Translations under genes and position numbers: made by a program
In this document: positions 1 to 13,500 of the stretch, one piece after another
Layout of the letters: the number at the start of each line of letters is the position of its first letter
How positions within the stretch are numbered: position 1 is the first letter of the stretch
Notes under the pieces: model-generated
What the model was told of the DNA's origin: nothing
The model's database searches: none
Seen by the model: only the letters and a program-made list of their open reading frames with translations
Source: Strigamia acuminata
Lineage: Eukaryota
Direction: 5' to 3'
DNA: 64,000 nucleotides
Assembly: GCA_949358305.1 (NCBI GenBank)
Contig: OX442314.1
Coordinates: 2,480,001 to 2,544,000, forward strand

Positions 1-350
1 AAAAGTTCGAAGAAAGTGAAAAAGTTCGAAAAAAGTTCGAAGAAAATGTGAAAAAGTTCGAAAACAATTCGAAAAAAGTTCGAAAACAATTCGAAAAAAG
101 TTCGAAAACAATTCGAAAAAAGTTTGAAAAAAGTGAAAAAGTTCGAAAAGTTCGAAAAATGTGTAAAAAAGTTCGAAAGAAGTTTGAAAAAGTTCGAAAA
201 AAGTTTGAAAAAGTGAAAAAGTTCGAAAAAAAGTGTGAAAAAGTTCGAAAAAAGTGTGAAAAAGTTCGAAAAAAGTGTGAAAAACTTCGAAAAAAGTGTG
301 AAAAACTTCGAAAAAAGTGTGAAAAACTTCGAAAAAAGTGTGAAAAACTT
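1..350. repeat. Intronic low-complexity tandem repeat (AAAAAGTTCG / GAAAAAAGTGTGAAAAACTTC units)
   Basis: Visible 10-21 bp tandem units; lies in an intron of the minus-strand WAP/Tg1 gene and produces the spurious K/E/F-rich ORFs. Confidence 0.9.
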
Positions 351-357
351 CGAATTA

Positions 358-2406
358 CCAGTCGTGCAGTCCACGATTTGTTTGTCAGAGCCCCTTGTTG
401 CGGCCAACTCAACTCCAAACTCATCCACGCACCAGCAATCGCCTTCCGCGCACTGGATCGGCTCGAACAGACCGTCTTTGGCGCACTGTGGCGCCGGGTA
501 AGCCAAATTCCGCGACAGAGGCGAATCCACCACACTCAGCGCATACGCTCGCAGATATTCGCACACTAAATAAACAAAAAAAATATATATCGACACCAAA
601 AAATTATTTAATTCGAATTAATTTACTGGTGGGGAGATGAGTGGGCGGACGAAGTGGCCTGACGCATCCGGACCCACAAGTGTGCGGACAACACTTCTCA
701 TCTTCACGACAATCGTCATCTCGCACGCACGTCGTGCTGTCGTTGACGCACACGTCCGATCGCGGACATATCCCCGGCTTCTGCGTCTTCTCAACGCTCG
801 ATTTACACTCGGGAATCGACGGACAGAACGTCCCGATGCAAGTCTCGCTGTACGACGTGATGCACTGCTCGCCAGCCGGACACGAAAAACCCTAAAAGAA
901 AAATATATTTAAAAAAAAAATAATTTTATTTTTTATTTTTCTGATTCTCACGTCACAGGGGTCCGCGCAGTCGCAGGTCGGACACCCCTTGAAGTCCAAC
1001 TTGGTGCCGTACTCGCAGAACGTGTGACACATGGTTTCGTCGCAGTCGGACGTCAACATCGTATGCGCCACGACGAGCACGTCGACGCACGAAACGTTCT
1101 CCGCGGGTCCCATCGTCCTCGGTAATTTATTTCCTCGCAAATCCACGCACCAACACACCAGTCCGTTGCGACTGCACTGTTTCGCCTTGAAATCCCCGAC
1201 ATCGTCGCACTCGGGCACGTACCCGCGATCGCTCTTCTCGTTCCGCGACAAAAGTTCCGCCAACAACCGCTGCTGTTCGCACGCTAAAAACGCAAAACAA
1301 ATCAACAATCGTACAAATATTGACGTGCGTTCAATTTCAAATCGAATTTCAAACCGATTCCCTCGATTCCCCTCATTTCTCTAACGGAAATGACGTAAAA
1401 CGCGTCATGTTTCTCTCTGCGCATCCCATTCTGCGCAGACGATTTTCTAATAACAACTTAGCAGTATTAAGCCTAATATTAGGCCTAATAATGCTAAAAT
1501 AAAGAAAAAATGCTAAAATAGAGTAATTTACAGCATAGTACCAAAATATTTTTATTTATTTACCTCATTTTTAGCATTATTAGGCCTAATGATAGGCTTA
1601 ATGCTGCTAGAAAATCGTCTGCGCAGAACGGGATGCGCAGAATGGAATGCGCAGAATGAGATGCGCAGTATCAAGAGTACTTGATTTCGGTTGTTGACAA
1701 TTTCAAATTGAATGCACCTGATAAAATTGCTCAATTATTATACCGGTGCTGTTTGACGGCACGCAGTGCGTTCCGCAGTCGTTCGAGGAACAGCACTTGA
1801 GCAGCCCCATGCAACTCGAATCGTCCGCGCATTTATCGCCGCATTCCATCGTCGTGGCGACGTCGGGGCATTTGCCCGGTTTCTCTATCTTGTCCAATGC
1901 GGGACAACACGCGCCGTAGTCCATGTTTTCCTGCACGATACACGCGAAAAACGGCGGACATTGCGGTTTATTCGCTTCGGTGCCGCACAAAAACGGTTGC
2001 GACTGCTCGTTCAAGAACAGCGGTTCCCCGGACGGACACAGGGAGTCCAAAAATCGAGCTTGTTTACCTGGAAAATTAAGCCAAGATGTTAAAAATAATT
2101 AAATTAAATTTGCGACCAACTGACACCAGTTGGCACCAGTTGCCAGTGCCAACTGGTGTCAATTGGTTAATTAATCGTTTAATTTACACGACGGGATCGG
2201 CGGACAGGGCTCGGAATCGCAAACGACTTCCTCCAGGTGACATTTCTGACTGCCCGGACACGTGACACCGGAGCAGGGGTCGCGGCACTGGCACAAGGGA
2301 CATCCGTCCACATCCAGCGAAAAGCCGTACGGACACAACATGCGACACATCAGTCCCGAACACGGACGCGGCTCTGCGGATTTTAAAATAATTTTTAAGT
2401 ATGAAA

Positions 2407-2445
<39 letters not shown>

Positions 2446-5400
2446 ATATTTTGCATTTTGCATTTTGCATTTTACTCGAGCAGTTGATGTTCGTTTCGTT
2501 GGTTTTGGTTCCAGCAAGTTCGAAGCCGCCGTCGTCGACGCACCAGCACTCGCCGCCGTCGCATTGGATCGCCTCGAAATGACCGTCGGATTGACATTTG
2601 GCGGTAGGAACGCGAGTGTCCAACGCCCGGGCACGTTTTTCGCCGGCCAGCAACTGGTGTTCGCAAGCTGAAATGTTTACGCATTTAAATTAGAACAGAA
2701 ACTAGCGTCCAACTGAGTAGGTGTTGTGGACAGAAGGCTCCACAGCCAGGAGGGACTAATGCTGTTTCTTGGTTTTTGGCACGTTCTTGGGTTTTTTCTT
2801 AACAAAGGGGGGGGGGGGGGGGCAGCGTAAACCTCACCTTAACTGGTTTTTTTTAATGTGATGGGGAATTAGGCACTGATTTAGTTGCGATATGGTTAGC
2901 ATGGATTAGTCATTCCTGGTTTGTGTCTGTAATTTCATTGGTCTGGAGCCCCCCTGTCGCCAAGCGCTTCTGTAGAAACGGGTCTGTACATGACTTTACG
3001 TTGTCTGAAATTGACAAATAGATTAAGCCAATGGGGTAAGCTTCCTGCGCCTTTTTAAGGAACCATCCATCGCTATCTCCAGGAGCTCCAGATCTCCAGA
3101 AACTAAAGATCTCCAGAAACTCCAAATCTCCAGATCTCCAGAAACTCCAGATCTCCAAAACCTCCAGAAACTCCAGATCTCCAGAGATCTCTGGAAAATC
3201 CAGATCTCAAGAAACTCCAGAAACTTTAGATCTCCAGAAACTCCAAAACCTCCAGATCTCCAGAAACTCCAGATCTCTAGAAAATCCAGATCTCAAGAAA
3301 CTCCAGAAACTTTAGATCTCCAGAAACTCCAATCGCCAGAAACTCCAGATCTCCAGAAAATCCAGATCTCCAGAAACTTCAGATCTCAAGAAACTCCAGA
3401 AACTCCAATCTCCAGAAACTCCAGATCTCCAGAAACTCCAGATCTCCAGAAACTCCAGATCTCCAGAAACTCCAGATCTCCAGAAACTCCAGATCTCCAG
3501 AAACTTCAGATCTCAAGAAACTCCAATCTCCAGAAACTCCAGATCTCCAGAAACTCCAGATCTCCAGAAACTCCAGAAACTCCAGATCTCCAGAAACTCC
3601 AGAAACTCCAGATCTCCAGAAACTCCAGATCTCCAGATCTCCAGAAACTCCAGATCTCCAGAAACTCCAGATCTCCAGAAACTCCAAATCCCCACAAACT
3701 GGAGATCTCTGCGGCTATTATACAAAGAAATAGAAATAACTGCAATAAAATTCAACCTTTACAAATTGGCATAATAACTTCTCAGAACCATGATGTAACA
3801 ACATTATATAACAATGTTTGGAGATTTAAATTAGAGCATAAATTAACGGGGTCAATTAAATGTGTCATTTTCAAAAAATCTACCATTGTTTCTTTCTTTT
3901 TTTGTTTTTATTGAAAAATGCAGACACAATGAGGGAATCCATTTTGAATGCGAAGGTGAACGGCTGGCAAAGAATTAATTTTCTTTCTTTTTTCTTTTCA
4001 AAATTAAAATTTAAAAAGAAAAAATCACTTTCTTATGCTAGAGTGAGGAAATAGGCCACCGGGAATTAAATTACTCACCCGAATAAATGGGTTGAGTGCA
4101 GATATTCGTGCAGCCGTCGAAACAACATTTATCCGTTCCGTTACAGGTGGAATCCGAAACACATTGGTTGATGTCGGACGAAGAGCACAATTCGGGATGG
4201 GCGTCGATTAAAGTGGGACAACGGCCCAAATGGATTTTAACATCGCCTAATGATTAAAATAAATGAAATTCAAATTATTTTTATTCCCAACAAAATGGGG
4301 TCGAGTCGACAGTCGGATTTTTTAAATTTTAATTCCCCTCGCCGCCGGTAGTCGTTTTGCAAGTAGCGGCATCGGTAGCTGATGCTATCGTTGAATAACA
4401 TTAAACCTTTGAATCGTATCTGATCCTGAGTCATCTCATCAAAAATCAAACGTTTTTTTTTCGTTATTTAATTCTATTTAATTTCCCCCCCACACCAGAC
4501 GAACAAAACAGGTTCTATCCGCTAAATCTTTCGAAAGAATCCATTTTTTAACTAGTCGATTACGTCACAAACCGATCGGCCATTTTGAAACTACAAAGTT
4601 CACTCGACTCGGCCTTTTGCCTCTCGCACTCGCTTTTTACATATACAAACACATGTTCCGCTAGTTTGAACCTGACCACACACATCCTGGTCTTCCTAGC
4701 GAGTGAGGGTCACTCGGTAACATAATTTAAAAAATAAAAATAAAAATAAAAATTGCTAAAAACATCTCCTCAACGCGCATTTAATGTCCGACGATGTAAA
4801 TGCCGCATAAAATGATTTTAACGCTATTAATGGCGCTCTAAACGATAAATAATAAATCAAACAATAAATTTAGTGGTCAAGTGATTAAAATTGTGACCTT
4901 GGCGCAATTCGGGGAAACGAAACGAAGCATTTTGATTTGAATTTTGCATTTTCACTTTCCACTCGGTTTCATTTCCGCCCGAACGAGATTGGATTGTTTG
5001 ATTTCATGATTTCATCAAACAGGATTCGGCAAATGAAGCGAGAGCGCCTCTTGCTCAATTCCTACGTATTTAGTTCACGAGGTCAAGTGGGCCCATCGCA
5101 TCATCACATCACCCAACCCCGCGATTCTGCGAACAATCTCCGGGTGAGCGGCTAAGTGCAGACCGACACCCCGGCCAATAAAAAAAGATCCTCCACACTC
5201 GCTTTCGTCTTTATTGTTAATTAATTTTTTAGTTGTTAATTAAATTAAGATTTTGATTGTGATTCTAATTGTCGCTGGGCCAAGGAACCTTTTTCTATGG
5301 TGGGTGGAGTGGACTTGTTTCGACTCGAGTGCGCGGTCTCGCGGTTCCCACGAGAACGATTTTCTTCGCTCAAAACGACGTCTCGTTTTAATTAATTAAA

Positions 5401-5552
5401 TGTTGCTCGTAGGACGATACAGCGAAAGCGAGTGTGTGGGGAAATTTAATCGATTGAATTATCGAATTACCCGCGTCGTCGGTCCGGACGACTTTGGACG
5501 TGAGGACGAGAAGGGAAAACCAAAGCAACGTCGTCGGATGCCGCGTCGCCAT
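358..5552 (-). CDS. Secreted multidomain cysteine-rich protein with WAP, thyroglobulin type-1, antistasin and lustrin-like modules; 3' part runs off the window
   Basis: Signal-peptide exon 5471-5552 (MATRHPTTLLWFSLLVLTSKVVRTDD). WAP exon 4079-4246 (GRCP...C...CVSDSTCNGTDKCCFDGCTNICTQP). Tg1 exons with CWCVD (2476-2667, ~950-1283, ~358-565), antistasin (CRMLCPYGFSLDVDGCPLCQC) and a second WAP (KPGKCP...CCSSNDCGTHC). GT-AG phases checked for the first exons. Architecture recalls Drosophila CG5639-type proteins. Confidence 0.9.
3075..3690. repeat. Intronic minisatellite of CTCCAGATCTCCAGAAA-type units
   Basis: Dozens of 8/9/17-bp units read directly. Confidence 0.95.
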
Positions 5553-5689
5553 GGTGACCAACGGTCTTGTCGTATCTAAAATAAAACATTAAAAAATATA
5601 GAAAACTTTCGAAGATCCGGGGTCATCTAAATTTATGACCGGGGAAAGGTATCGCGAGGGGGGTTTCCACTGTTCAAAAAACCTGTTAT

Positions 5690-5768
5690 TTATTTTTTTA
5701 AATTTATTTTTTTAAATTTATTTTTTTAAATTTATTTTTTTAAATTTATTTTTTTAAATTTATTTTTT
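5690..5768. repeat. Short AT-rich tandem repeat (AAATTTATTTTTTT)n
   Basis: About five adjacent copies. Confidence 0.8.
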
Positions 5769-7424
5769 ATTTTCCTCTCAATTCCGCCATGTTTGTTTAT
5801 CTTTGAGTTGCGGGATTTCTTCGTTCTGCCGAAAGGGGGAAAAAAGAAACTTTTCTAACGTAAATAAATGTGAAAATGAGGAGTGGCGGGGACGAGCAAG
5901 GTCAAAATCCGGCAAATAAACGTTAAAAAAGTATTTTGTCTTTCAATATTTTCGTATAAAATAAAATAAGGACGAGGAAAAAGGATGTAACAACTATGAA
6001 ATGTGAATGACAAATTTTTGTACGTACATCCTGGTGGCGAAATGGGACGGTAGAGAAATTCCTCGGATGTAAATTGAATTGTTTGGAGACGTTTAACGAG
6101 CGGCCGAGTGTCGGAATTCGCTGCAATTAGAAGGAACGGGTTAAAGTTGGGAGTTTGTTACGCGAGTTGTGTCATCGGCGGTCGGCCATCGCTCACCTTT
6201 AAGCGGACGAGGAGTCGCGTGTGAGTCGGGGTTAGTTGTTTAGTCCGATAGAGCGAGGATGGTTCTTATATATGTTTGCCGGAGTTGCTGCAACCCGGGA
6301 CACGATGCAAAAACAAAAAAATAAATTGTAGTCGTCACAAGTGACGTGAGTCAGAGCGGGTCAACCAACCGCGACGCGAGTTTACGTTTACCTGCCCTCA
6401 GGTGGTGAATGGGCGAAACTCCTGGCGGTGAGTGAAGGATTTTTGTTTGGATTTTCGGGGAATTTGGGTGTTAAATGGAAAGGAGGGAAGGGTTTGTTTT
6501 GGGGAGGTTTTTGAGTTTGGTTTGGATGAGAGTGATTGTTTGTGAAGTGTGGGGGAAATTTCAATGTAAATATAAATGAAATGTAAGTCACCGCTGGACG
6601 GCGCTACTTTCAGGTATCTTAGGGAAAAGATTTTGGATTTTGAAATCCGTGAAATTTCGGTAAATCTTAGAAATCTGTGAAATTTTATGAAATCTCAGAA
6701 ATTTGTGAAATTTTATGAAATCTTAGAAATTTGTGAAATTTTATGAAATTCCAGAAATCTCAGAAAACTCTTGAAATCCCGGAAATCCAATATTCTTATC
6801 TAGGGAAATCCGTCTGAAATCTTAAAATTTTCCAATTCACAGCAAATTTTAAAAATATTTCAGGTTTTTTCGGGCTTCTTTCCAATTTTTTTTATACTTT
6901 TTCCAATTTTTTCCAATTTATTCAAAATTTTTCTAATTCTTTCCATTTTTTTTCCAATTATTTCCACTTTTTTCCAATTTCTCTCCACTTTTTTACAATT
7001 TTCTCAGACTATTTCCAATTTTTTCAGACTTTTCCCAATTTTTCAGACTTTTTCCAATTTTTCGGACTTTTTCCAATATTTTCAGACTTTTTCCATTTTT
7101 TCCCCGATTTTCTTCGCGTTCTTTTCGAAGAATCAGATTTGCAAACATCCAAGATTCAGAAGATTCAGATTCAATTAATTGGCCCATCTAACATTTTTAA
7201 ATAAAATTTATACCCAAACAAAAGAGCAATTTTTCTTTTTAAATAACAATAAAAATGCAAACGATTCAATAATTTCTTTACTTCAAAAACAAATAATAAT
7301 TCATTCATTCGCAACTCGCGACGATTACATTTCCGAACCGCAAACAAAAACAAAAACAAACACAAACAAAAGAGAAACGACATCAAAATAAACAACTAAC
7401 GCCATCCAGCGCCAAATCCCCAAA

Positions 7425-10281
7425 TCACTGCGCCGACGACAAAACCGGAATCGGCTTCCACTCCAAACTCACAAAATTCGCTTTCTGCAGCGACACGCGA
7501 CGGATATTCGTCTGGAACCGAAACGGAACGACCGAATGGTGTTCCCTGAAGAAAAACTTCAAATGAAACCCGAGTTGCCTCACGAAATCCTCCACGTTGA
7601 GCGTCCTGCTCAGCGTGGCCTTCTCCTCCAACCGCGCACAAAACTCGAAGATTTCCGCCTGCAGGTGGCGATAAACGAGCGGCCACGAGTCGAGATAGTC
7701 GTCCGAGCAGCTCCAGTGGCGACACACGGCCTCGCTCTTCCTCGTCTCGAGCTGGTCGAGCACGAACGGCCGCGCCTCGACGTCGCGCAGCGAGAGAAGA
7801 AGCGCCGGCTCGCGCACCGCCATGTTGCCGCAGCGGTCGAGCTCGTTCGCGTCGTACCAGGACTCGTGGTGGGTCATGAGCACCGAGTGGCAGTTGCTCG
7901 TGTTGAGCAGCCAGCGAAGGTTGGCGAGGGCGGAGATGGTGTTGAGGGATTCTTCGGCGTCTACGATGGCTATGCGGTCCATTTTGGTCGTGTCGGAGAG
8001 TTGGGATGCGAGGGATTCGACGGGGCCGGAGAGGAAGTGGAGACTGGCGATGCCGCGGGAGAGGGATTTGCAGAATGAGTAGATTGTTGTGTTGATGTAT
8101 TGGGAGTACATCTCGAGGAGGTCGCTGGTTTGGCAGTTTCCGGTCGCCGCTTTCACCTGAAATTAACGTTTTTAGTTATTTTTTAGGTGTTAATATATAT
8201 TTTTTTAATTTCAATTTCGTCTGGAAAATTCGAGGTTTTTCATTTTTTCGACATTTTTTTAACAAATTTTTCAACTTTTTCGACTTTTTTAAATGTATTT
8301 TTCAACTTTTTCGACTTTTTTAAATGAATTTTTCAACGTTTTCGACTTTTTTAAATGAATTTTTCAACGTTTTCGACTTTTTTAAATGAATTTTTCAACT
8401 TTTTCGACTTTTTTAAATGAAATTTTCAACGTTTTCGACATTTTTTAGAAGAATTTTTCAACTTTTTCGACTTTTTTAAACGACTTTTTCAACTTTATCG
8501 ACTTTTCTAACCGACTTTTTCAACTTTTTCGACTTTTTTAAATGAATTTTTCAACTTTTTCGACATTTTTAAATGAAGTTTTCAACTTTTTCGAAATTTT
8601 TTAAACGAATTTTTAACTTTTTCGACTTTTTTAAACGACTTTTTCATCTTTATCGACCTTTCTAACCGATTTTTTCAATTTTTTCGACTATTCTAACCGA
8701 CTTTTTCAACTTTTTCAGTTTTTATTCGAAAAAAAATCAAATTGTTTCTATTTTTCAAAAATTTTTCAGAATTTTTCGATTGTCTAACGACGTTTTTCGA
8801 CTATTTTGAAAGCATTTTTCGAAAAATGCCGATTTCCTTCAATAATTTCCAAATTTTTCACACTTTATCAAACTCTATTCCAATTATTCCAACTTTTTCA
8901 GACTTTGTTCGAATTTTTCAGACTTTTTTCGAATTTTTTCAGACATTATTCGAACTTTTTCAGACATTATTCGAACTTTTTCACACTTTTTTCGAACTTT
9001 TTCACACTTTTTTCGAATTTTTTATCCTATTGAATATTTACTTGAACGTAATCCCACGCTGCGAATACGTTGTCGTTGCTGGGCACCCCATACACAAGAT
9101 CTTCCTCTTCATCCACAATCTCCGCCAACTGCAGCGCCACTCGCGACGATCCGAGCTCCGGATACGAGTCAACATTCTCCAATCGCTTGCACGGATTCAA
9201 ACAAAACAACGTCGGGTTCGGTCTGCACGCAGCCGCCCGCTCGATGCTACGCACTGGAAGAAGCAGTCCATCTTCGTACCAAACCAACCAACTCTGCTGG
9301 TAATTCAGAGGAATCGAGCACTGGCGTTGATGTACCGACGGACTCAGTGACCACGCGCCCAATCGTCGATGTCGCAAGCGCGCGATGCTCTTCGCCGAGT
9401 CGTTGTTGTAACCAAACTGAAGCCAAGCGAGCCATACCTCGCAGCAGACGAGCCACTGCTCCCGATCCGCGCGTATCAATCCGCGCGTGCTTTTCATCAA
9501 CTTCTCGTATCCCCCGGACGACGTGAGCGTGCAAATAGCCGAATTAAGGTACCGGTAACACTTTTCCGTCAACTGAGTCGAATACCAGATCTGAGTCATA
9601 TACTGCGGCCACGGATTCGTGAAAGCCAAATAAAAGAAGAGCAAGTTCCGCGCCATAGAGTGCGCACGGTTCTCGTGCAAATAGAAAGTGACGCGGCCGC
9701 TGAAATCGGCGGGTAAATCGACCACGGTTTTCATCACGCTTCGCACGTCGCCGAACGAAACGAGCAGCAAATTAAGCTCCCGCGCTTCGATGCCCTCGTT
9801 GTGGCGCAACTGAAGGTAGTCGAGCGCCGGTGTGTGGCCGATGTAGCAAGGCACGGCCGGCAGTTTGTGTTTGGCCCATTTCGTGCGCTGTGTGGCATTC
9901 ATTAGGATCGCTTGGCGCAGACTCAGGCATTGGCTGGAGTGCGTGGTGCTGTGCGCTTCGCAGCAGTCCTCGCTGCAGTACGTTACGGAATAGCACTGTT
10001 GGCAGTCGACCGTCGGCGAGAAAAGCACTTTTCGGCACAAGGCGCACATTGTTTTTTGACCGAAATGGATGCATTCCAACTATTAAAGACGTTTAAAATC
10101 AAAATTTAGCGTTATTTAGTGTTAACGAGTCGTTTATTTGTATTTTTTTTACTTGTTTATGGCGGTGGAGATCGCGCAGCATGCAGTAGTCGCTGCAATA
10201 TGGCGCCAGGTTGCATTCGGGACAGCGTAAGGTGCATTCGTAACGAAGGCAAAACCAGCAGCTGAATCGCGCTTCGACCAT
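7425..10281 (-). CDS. Protein with two MYND-type zinc fingers followed by a DUF4470-like domain (~632 aa)
   Basis: Exons 10153-10281, 9042-10079 and 7425-8156 join in phase 0 with GT-AG. MYND patterns CWFC...CPECNLAPYCSDYCMLRDLHRHK and CALC...CQQCYSVTYCSEDCCEAHSTTHSSQC, then LNLLLVSFGDVRSVMKT...E...MARNLL typical of DUF4470. Confidence 0.8.
8230..9022. repeat. Intronic T-rich minisatellite (TTTTTCAACTTTTTCGACTTTTTTAAATGAA-type)
   Basis: Repeated ~31-bp and ~21-bp units filling the intron. Confidence 0.85.
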
Positions 10282-10550
10282 TGTAAACTGCGAAATAAGA
10301 ATGGTTTGTGACTGGAAAAGACTGGAGGAGACGTGGGAAGACTCGATGTGGGTCACGTGGGTATTTAAATTAGGAAAAACGTGGATTTGTGGCGGTTGAT
10401 TTGGTTAGGGAAAGACCCGGATGCGAAATATAGAAAGGAATTTTTGAAAATATTTATTTTTTATTTTTTTAAAACCCGTCACACGAATGTTCGAACCCTA
10501 AAGTGGAAATTACATTTTCCAACTATTTTTATTTGATTTTTGTTTTTTGT

Positions 10551-13500
10551 TTATTTTTTATTCGATCTGATGTTTTGACATTTGGGCACGTGACGCTCGG
10601 CGACGCCCTCGTTGAATTTTCGTCCGCAGTGTGGACATTGGATGTAGTCCGAAGTGTCCATCGGTGGGGGCGGAGGAAGATCGGATGCTTTGCCGCCACA
10701 CGCCACGTGCTGCTGCACCACTTTGGCCTGGCGGATCGTCTGCAGAAAATTCTCGTGTTTTTCGCGCCAACTCGACTTGGTCGGTGGCTGAAAACGAACG
10801 AAAAACGTGAAAATAACGGAAGAAAAAAAACAGAAATAAATGGTGAAAATAGTGAAAATAACGCAAAGAAAACGCAAAAAAGTGGGAATAACGCAAAACG
10901 CAAAAAAATTGTTAAAATAACGCGTAAATGCAAAAAATTGTTGAAATAACGCATAAAAACACGAAAATAGTTGAAATAACGCAAAAAAATACGAAAATAG
11001 TTGAAATAACGCAAAAAAGCCATCAAAATAGTAAAAATAACTCAAAAAAACAAATATTGTGAAAATAACGCAAAGAAAACACAAAAATAGTGGAAATAAC
11101 GCAAAAAGCAAAAAATTGTAAAAATTGCGCAAAACGAAAAAAATTGTTAAAATAGAGCAAAATATTGTTACAACAACGCATAAATGCGAAAAATTGTTGA
11201 AATAACGAAATTAGTTGAAATAACGCAAAAAAAGACGAAAATAGTAGAAAGAACGCCAAAAAAAACACGAAAATAGTTGAAATTACGCAAAAAAAACACG
11301 AAAATAGTTGAAAAAACGAAAAAAATACACGAAAATAGTTGAAATAACGCAAAAAAAAACACGAAAATAGTAGAAATAACGCAAAAAACACGAAAATAGT
11401 TGAAATAACGCAAAAAAAAACACAGAAATAGTGAAAACAGTGTGGCGAAAGATAGAACAACATCCGGAGGAATGTCTGGTTATTTAGATCCGGTTGTATT
11501 CGTTGGTCGTGTGGTTTTGTTGTTGTGTTTGCTGTGATTATTGGTGTGTGGTATTGAGAAGTAAGACATGTGTTTGTTAGGCTTTCAGTGTCTTGCGGAC
11601 AGCATTTAGATGCAGGATACTCCTAGTGTTGTTGGTGTTTTGTCTGATGAGAGTTGCGAGCCAAAGTTGTAGTGCATGAGTTTTAGGAACGTGTTGTTGT
11701 TGTGGTTGGATATGTCCAAGTTGAAGTCGTATTTCGTTCTTTCTGTTTCCCTCATTGGTGGGGCTGTAATCAGTTAAGTTGTGTATAATGAAGCGACAAC
11801 AGGCGGTTTTTGTGTGTGGAAAAAACACGAAAATAGTGAAAGTGATAAAAAAAACGCAAAAAAATTGTGAAAATAACGCAAAAAAACATGAAAATAATAA
11901 AAACACGAAAAAAAAACGCTAAAAATGCTTTTAGAAATTAAAAATAACGAAAAACTACTTGAAAAACATGGAAAAAAACGCAAAAATTGTGAAAATAACG
12001 CAAAAAAACATGAAAATAATAAAAACACGAAAAGAAAACGCTAAAAATGCTTTTAAAAATTAAAAATAACGAAAAACTACTTGAAAAACATGCAATAAGT
12101 ATCGAAAAACAAAAAACGCGAAAAAAAATTGAAAAACGTGAAAAAAACGCAAAAAATATAAAAAAAAAACACAAAAAAGGGAAAAAAAACGTGGACAAAA
12201 CGCGAAAACACTTTAAAAAACGTGAAAACATTAGAAACCGTAAAAAGAAACGCAAAAACGTGGATAAATAAAAAAAAAAATAAAAAAGAGGAAATAACGC
12301 AAGAAATATTTTCAAAACGTGATAAAAACACGAATTCAATCGAAAAATGTGCCGTAACTCTAGATAAATCAAATAAAAACATTCGACGCGGTGATTACGA
12401 CACCCACGAGTGAATAACTCACCGCCTTCGATACTGGTTTGGGCACTGGAGCCTGTGGGAATTTAAACATTTAAACTTCAATTCCGCTCGATCTCGTGAA
12501 TCGCGTCACAAGCGAGGTCAACCGAAGAGCCAACATTTCATGTTTACCTTTTTTATCTCCTTCTCCTTCGTTTTGCACTTGACCGTCACGAAAGACTCCA
12601 GCTCCGTGCCCCGAGTCCTCATCTTGACCGGGTCGAAAATTTTTCTCTTTTTCGTCGTCGTTTTCGCGCAAACTTGCCCGTGCTTGTCGATCCGGTCGGG
12701 CGCAAAATGGCGGCCGCAAATGTCGCAGGCGGGAAAATCCGAATTGGCCGAACAAGGACGGGGCGTCGGCTTCTTACATGCAAGAAATTTGTTGAAAATA
12801 ATCGAAGATAATGTATTTTTTTTACGTTTACCTCTTTCAAAACCACTTTTTTCTTCGGCGATAATGGCGTCGGCGCACGCGAGGGACTGGCCGGCGCGGA
12901 TTTGTACGACGACGACGGAGGGAAATTTTCCGGTTCGCAGCCGGGGACGATGGTCGGTTTTAACGTCGGTTTCGCCGGTTTCACAGTGCCCGGGATCGGT
13001 TTTCTCAGCAAACGAGCTTTTTGTGCCTGAAAAATAAAAAATTTTCGTGAAAAAAAATTTAAATTTGTCGATTTTTCGTGAGAAAAAAACGTATTTTCCA
13101 AATTTTCAAAGAAAAAAAATTGATTTTTTTTAATTTTTCTTGTAGAAAAATCGAATTTGTCATAAAAAAAAATCAATTTTCGTGAAATAAATCAATTTTT
13201 CATGAAATAAATTAATTTTTCATGAAATAAATCAATTTTTCATGAAATAAATCAATTTTTCATGAAATAAATCAATTTTTCATGAAAAAAATCAAATTTT
13301 CTCAATTTAACCAGAAAAAAAATTTAAATTTATTTTATTTTCGTGGAAAAAATAAATAAATTTTCTCAGTTCTCAAAAAAATATAAATTTTCCTCAAATT
13401 TTATCAAAATTAACAAAAAAAATCGAATTTTGTCAAATTTTATCAAAATTAACAAAAAAAATCGAATTTTGTCAAATTTCTCAAATCTTAAAAATGGCGC

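Noticed and set aside
48..569. Lys-rich ORFs on the plus strand
   Set aside because: Translation of an intronic repeat plus the antisense of a real exon.
3075..3760. CRISPR-like array or LEFLEIWSFWRSG repeat proteins
   Set aside because: No unique spacers; an intronic minisatellite in a eukaryote.
7536..8078. Long antisense ORFs over GC-rich exons (also within MLH3)
   Set aside because: Expected shadow ORFs from high GC3 codon usage.
10503..12413. Phe-rich membrane-protein-like ORFs
   Set aside because: Low-complexity intron of the ZC2HC1 gene.
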